Shown here piece by piece: positions 59,658 to 64,000 of a stretch of DNA of 64,000 nt. The DNA comes from an uncultured Acidobacteriota bacterium (lineage in GTDB: Bacteria > Acidobacteriota > Thermoanaerobaculia > UBA5066 > Gp7-AA6). A program made the translations under genes and the position numbers. The stretch lies in NCBI GenBank assembly GCA_963764715.1, contig CAVXTP010000006.1:416001-480000 (forward strand), written 5' to 3'. The notes under the pieces were generated by a model. It did not search any database, was not told the DNA's origin, and worked only from the letters and a program-made list of their open reading frames with translations. The stretch's first letter is position 1. Every line of letters starts with the position of its first letter.

Positions 59658-60989
59658 CTAGCCCGCGGCGCGCATCATGGCGCCGCGGATCTCCTCCTGC
59701 GGCTGGGAGATCGTCTCCTTGCGCCGCGAGAGGAACTTGACGAGGTCCTTGGAGAAGACGAGGTCCCAGGTCCAGTCGAGGGCGACGCGCAGCCGCTTCT
59801 CGAGACGCGGGAGCTTCATCAGGTAAATCGTCCGCCACATCCACCAGGCCAGAAAGCCCGAGAAGTGGAAGCCGAAGATCTGGGCGACGCCCGTGCGGCG
59901 GCCGAGCGAGGCGAGCTGGCCGATCGTTCGGAACGAGAAGGGCCGCTTGGGGGTGCCGCGAAGCTCCGCGAGGATGTTCTGCGCGAGGACCTTGCCCTGC
60001 CGGATCGCGTGCTGCGCGGTCGGCGGGTGGAAGCCGCCCGTCCGCGACAGGATGTCGGGCACGAGGGCGCAGTCGCCGAGCGCCCAGACGCCCGGGAATC
60101 CGGGGACCTGGAGGTACTCGTCCACGCAGACCTTGCCCTTCTCGAGCCTGCACGGGAGCGTCTTCATCAGCGGGTTGGGCTGGGTTCCCGCCGTCCAGAT
60201 GATGGTCGCGGCGTCGATCTCGGTGCCGTCGGAGAGCTTCACGCCGCGCTCGGTCACGGCCGCCACCTTCGTCTTCGCCCGGATCTCGACGCCCCGCTCG
60301 ACGAGCTTCTCCTGGGCGTAGCGGCCGAGCTTCTCGGAGAGCTCGGGCAGGATGACCTCGCCCGGGTGAACGAGGATCATCCGGATCTTGTGCGTCGGGA
60401 TGTGCGGGTAGAATTTCAGCGCCTGGTGGACGAAGTCGTTCATGCCGGCGATCGTCTCGACCCCCGCGAATCCCCCGCCCGCGACGACGAAGGTCATCAG
60501 GTGGTCGCGGTCCGGGGCGCCGCACTCGGTTTCGGCCTCCTCGAGCTGCTGGATCATCCGGTTCCGGAGCGCGATGGCGTCGCCGAGCGACTTCATGGTG
60601 ATGGCGCGCTCCTCGAGGCCCGGGAGGTTGAAGAAGTTCGTGACCGAGCCGGGCGCGAGGACCAGGTGGTCGTAGGGAAGCTCGTGGGCATGTCCGTCTC
60701 CGTGGGAAACGGTCACGGTGCGGGCCTCGAGGTCGACCCTTTCGAGGTCGCCGTCGAAGAACTCCATGTTCGAGACGAGCTTTCGGACCGGGTTGACGAT
60801 GTTCGTGATGTCGAGGTCGCTCGCGGCAACCTCGTGGAGCATCGGCGTGAAGAGGAAGAAGTTGTCGCGGTTGACGATCGTGACGTCCACGTCCGGGAAG
60901 CGGAAGAGCCACTTGTCGAGCTCCAGGGCCGCGTAGACGCCTCCGAACCCGCCTCCGGCGATCACGATCTTCCTGCGGGGATTGGGCAT
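59658..60989 (-). CDS. ndh: Type II NADH dehydrogenase family flavoprotein
   Basis: GGGFGG, FTPMLHEVA, GGGFAGVE, WTAG, ALGD, PPTAQHA. Confidence 0.85.
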   Translation of the reverse strand: MPNPRRKIVIAGGGFGGVYAALELDKWLFRFPDVDVTIVNRDNFFLFTPMLHEVAASDLDITNIVNPVRKLVSNMEFFDGDLERVDLEARTVTVSHGDGHAHELPYDHLVLAPGSVTNFFNLPGLEERAITMKSLGDAIALRNRMIQQLEEAETECGAPDRDHLMTFVVAGGGFAGVETIAGMNDFVHQALKFYPHIPTHKIRMILVHPGEVILPELSEKLGRYAQEKLVERGVEIRAKTKVAAVTERGVKLSDGTEIDAATIIWTAGTQPNPLMKTLPCRLEKGKVCVDEYLQVPGFPGVWALGDCALVPDILSRTGGFHPPTAQHAIRQGKVLAQNILAELRGTPKRPFSFRTIGQLASLGRRTGVAQIFGFHFSGFLAWWMWRTIYLMKLPRLEKRLRVALDWTWDLVFSKDLVKFLSRRKETISQPQEEIRGAMMRAAG

Positions 60990-61021
60990 CGCTCCTCAGA
61001 TGCCGTCGCCGCACGGAAGTT

Positions 61022-61387
61022 TCAGGGGGCCGAAGCCCTCGCGGGCCGTCCGGTCCAGACCAGGAGCAGCGCCACGGCGGCGTGGATCGCAACGACCGGC
61101 CACAGCAGGGGCCCGGTCGCCTGCCCGGACGCCCCGAGGTAGGCGAGGTAAAGCGCGATCAATGCGTTGTAGATGGTCATCGTCCGGACGGCCGGCGCCA
61201 GACCCAGCGCCAGCACCGCGACGCCGAAGCACCGGGCGAGGACCAGCGCGACGCCGGAGGGCTCGACGCCGAGGAGCAGCCGCACCAGGACCGCCGGATC
61301 GAGCATCAGGACGAGGCCGGTTGCGACCTCGGCCACGGCCGAGAAGAGGAGGACCTTTCGCCGGGCGCCCGAAGCAGGCTCGTTCAC
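61022..61387 (-). CDS. Small membrane hypothetical protein
   Basis: Four hydrophobic segments; GGAGG before GTG; start uncertain. Confidence 0.6.
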   Translation of the reverse strand: MNEPASGARRKVLLFSAVAEVATGLVLMLDPAVLVRLLLGVEPSGVALVLARCFGVAVLALGLAPAVRTMTIYNALIALYLAYLGASGQATGPLLWPVVAIHAAVALLLVWTGRPARASAP

Positions 61388-61538
61388 GGATGACCTCCCA
61401 CTCGAACCGTTCCGGTGATCGTCCGCCGCGGGCAACGGTCCGAGCTTGATCCTGAGCTTGTCGATCTTGGCGTTGCGGGCATGAGATCACGGCCGGGGGT
61501 CGATCACAACGCCCTCTGATAGCGTGTCGCGGATTTCC

Positions 61539-62474
61539 ATGCGCGAGCGCAAGTCCCGATCGTGCTCGAGGGCCCGAGGCCTGCCGTCACTGGCGGCCGG
61601 GCTGCTCGCGGCTCTCGCGACGGCACGCGCCGCCGGTCAGTCGCTCGAGCCGCGGGCCTTCTCGCCCAACCCCGTCGGGACCAACTTCGCCCTCGTCAGC
61701 TACGGCTACCAGACCGGAGGCATCGTTTTCGACGCTTCGCTCCCGTTCTCGGACGTGACGGCGAAGATCAATTCGGGGACCCTCGCCTACCTCCGCACGT
61801 TCAACCTCTTCGGCCGGACCGCCAGCGCGGGCCTCGCGGTGCCCTACGCCTGGGGCTCCGTCGAGGGCCAGGTCCAGGAGGAGCAGCGTCGGATCACGCG
61901 CTCGGGATTCGCCGATCTGCAGTCGCGGCTGACGGTGAATCTGCTGGGGGGGCCCGCTCGGACTCCGGGCGAGTTCGCGGCCCACACGCCGACGACGACC
62001 CTGGGATTCAACCTGGTCACGGTGGCGCCGACCGGCGAGTACATGCCCGACAAGCTCATCAACATCGGCGGCAACCGATGGGCCTTCAAGACGGAGCTCG
62101 GCCTGTCGCAGCCTGTCGGCAAGTGGGCGTTCGAGACCTACGCCGGCGTCTGGTTCTTCACCACCAACAACGACTTTTATGGAGGCCAGGTCCGGACGCA
62201 GAAGCCCATCTGGGCGTTCCAGGGCCACGTCAGCTACACCTTTCGGCCGCGGCTCTGGCTCGCGGTCAGCGGCACCTACTACACGGGCGGCGTGACGAGC
62301 CTCGATGGCCAACCCAGGGCGGACCTGCAGGAGAACGCCCGCGTCAGCCTGACAGGGTCCGTGCCGCTGGGGCGGCGACAATCGCTCAAGCTCTTCTGGG
62401 CGAAGGGCGCCACGACGCGCATCGGAGCGAACTTCACGACCTACAGCGTGTCGTACCAGATCTTCTGGTTCTGA
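61539..62474 (+). CDS. Putative outer-membrane transporter (Phenol_MetA_deg-like)
   Basis: QSLEPRAFSPNPVGTN, GFAD, PTGEY..DKLINIG.NRW, aromatic C-terminus. Confidence 0.75.
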   Translation: MRERKSRSCSRARGLPSLAAGLLAALATARAAGQSLEPRAFSPNPVGTNFALVSYGYQTGGIVFDASLPFSDVTAKINSGTLAYLRTFNLFGRTASAGLAVPYAWGSVEGQVQEEQRRITRSGFADLQSRLTVNLLGGPARTPGEFAAHTPTTTLGFNLVTVAPTGEYMPDKLINIGGNRWAFKTELGLSQPVGKWAFETYAGVWFFTTNNDFYGGQVRTQKPIWAFQGHVSYTFRPRLWLAVSGTYYTGGVTSLDGQPRADLQENARVSLTGSVPLGRRQSLKLFWAKGATTRIGANFTTYSVSYQIFWF

Positions 62475-63121
62475 GCGACGGCACCGGTCTCCAACCTCGG
62501 ATCGTTGACCACGACGAGATCGGCGGACGTCTTCGGGTCGTCGCGGGCGAAGTGGATCTCCTGGGCCGGCAGATAGATCGTCCGAAACGCCCGGGCGGTC
62601 TCCCCGGGCGGGAGTCCTTCCTGGCCGCGGGCGATCGCGCGCTCGATCGCGGTCTCGAAGGTGCAGTCGATCCAGATCGCGAGGTCGTAGCGCGGCCGGA
62701 GGTCGGGGCGAAGGAGATAGATCCCCTCGAGGAGCACCACGTCGACGTCCTCGAAAGCATAGACGTGCTTCCGGTAGGCGGAAGCGGTCTCCTCCGTGAA
62801 ATCCGCCTCGAGCCGGATCGAGCGCCGATCGCGCAGCGGCAGGATCAGGCGCTCGAACATCTCGTCGAAGCGGAAGGCATGCCGGTAGAAGTGTTCGGCG
62901 GGGTGGCCGGGGTCGAAGCGCACCGGCGGGAGGTTCAGCCAGCCGTCGAGCCCCGTCCGCGCGACGCGCAGGCCCGCGGCCTCGAGCCGGGCGGCCAGCC
63001 GCTCCGCCACGTAGCCCTTTCCCGACGCGTCGATCCCGCTGACGGCGACGAGAGCCGCACGTCGCGAAGGCACCCGCCGCCGGGCGGCCAGGACCGCCTC
63101 GACCGCGCCGTCGAGATTCAC
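62441..63121 (-). CDS. Uridine kinase-like P-loop protein
   Basis: SGIDASGKG Walker A, LLEGIYL. Confidence 0.75.
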   Translation of the reverse strand: MNLDGAVEAVLAARRRVPSRRAALVAVSGIDASGKGYVAERLAARLEAAGLRVARTGLDGWLNLPPVRFDPGHPAEHFYRHAFRFDEMFERLILPLRDRRSIRLEADFTEETASAYRKHVYAFEDVDVVLLEGIYLLRPDLRPRYDLAIWIDCTFETAIERAIARGQEGLPPGETARAFRTIYLPAQEIHFARDDPKTSADLVVVNDPRLETGAVAQNQKIWYDTL

Positions 63122-64000
63122 GCGAGCGGCGCGACTTCGCAGTAGGCCTTGATCACCCCGTTGCCCGACGTCAGGTGGCCGAGGAGCTCTCGGTACTTCT
63201 CGAGTCCCTGGACGGGGTGCGTCAGCAGCTTCTCGAGCCAGCCGGGGTGCGAGAGCTCGGCCTGCGCCAGGTCGCGGACCCCCTCCTCGAAGTCCTCGCG
63301 GCTGGCGTTCACGCTGCCCACGGCGACCTTGTTGCCGAGAACGAATCCCTGGTTGATGCGGTCCGCGGGGACCTCGATCGTACGGTCGCCGCCGGTGACC
63401 GAGACCATCGCCAGGACCCCGTTCTTCGCCAGGACCTCCATCGCCTCGAACACGAGCGGCGAGAAGCCGGTGCCCTCGAGGATGAGGTCGAAGGGCCCGT
63501 GCTCGGCGGCCGCCCGGCGGAGGCTCGTCGTTTTCGTCGAGACGTAGCGCACGCCGATCTCCTCGAGGAGGTCCGAGTTGCGGTGCCGCCCCTCCTTGAG
63601 GCCGAAGGCCGTGACCTCGAGGCCGCGCAGCTTCAGGATCATCGAGGCGAGAAGGCCGAGCGTGCCGGTCCCCAGCACGGCGGCTTTCTTCGGGCGCCAG
63701 ACCCGGAGGCGCCGCTGGATCTCGTAGGCCTGGCCGATCGCCTTCTCGGCGACGCTCGTGGGCTCCATCAGGACTCCGACCGCCTTGAGCCGCTCGGGGA
63801 CCTTGACCAGGAATTCCGCCGCGTCGACGTAGTACTCGGCGAGGTATCCGTGGAGAAGGTTGATCCCGCGCTCGTAGTACGAGTCGTCGGTCGTCATGTC
63901 CTGCAGCCCGATCGCGTCGTAGAGGCTCGAGCCCGGGCGCCGGACCGAGGCGACGACGTAGTCCCCGGGCGCGAGGCCCGTGACCGCGGGACCGACCGCC
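63118..64000 (-). CDS. Zinc-dependent glucose 1-dehydrogenase family protein, 5' end outside the window
   Basis: [41 protein letters not shown]. Confidence 0.85.
   Translation of the reverse strand, partial: AVGPAVTGLAPGDYVVASVRRPGSSLYDAIGLQDMTTDDSYYERGINLLHGYLAEYYVDAAEFLVKVPERLKAVGVLMEPTSVAEKAIGQAYEIQRRLRVWRPKKAAVLGTGTLGLLASMILKLRGLEVTAFGLKEGRHRNSDLLEEIGVRYVSTKTTSLRRAAAEHGPFDLILEGTGFSPLVFEAMEVLAKNGVLAMVSVTGGDRTIEVPADRINQGFVLGNKVAVGSVNASREDFEEGVRDLAQAELSHPGWLEKLLTHPVQGLEKYRELLGHLTSGNGVIKAYCEVAPLA

Overview
High-GC bacterial chromosomal segment from a diderm (TonB and porin genes). The gene content and the SLH/'GCGGG' surface-protein family suggest Acidobacteriota, Thermoanaerobaculia-like; this is inference. 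The backbone is housekeeping: tilS-hpt-ftsH, folP-cdaA-cdaR-glmM, ligA, fhs, smc, tRNA-Thr(CGT), modABC, ndh. Many single-base indels split even conserved genes (glmM, smc, cdaA), so most frameshifts are probably long-read consensus errors. The best candidate novelty is a gene the ORF track misses: a 120-aa exported thioredoxin-fold protein at 4577-4939 (-) with an in-frame UGA in a UxxC motif, followed by a SECIS-like hairpin, i.e. a probable selenoprotein. A second candidate is a signalling cassette at 48.5-53 kb pairing a LytTR regulator and an intact LytS-type kinase with a degenerate pseudo-kinase and a beta-lactamase-fold protein lacking its catalytic residues. Also noted: a DEGS1-like sphingolipid desaturase beside the tRNA, a stand-alone KS/CLF/thioesterase trio, an HPRT with a substituted catalytic loop, an FHA-Fis regulator without an AAA+ domain, many apparently leaderless promoters (one bidirectional), and three families of small intergenic repeats. 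No CRISPR array, rRNA, transposase or integrase was seen.
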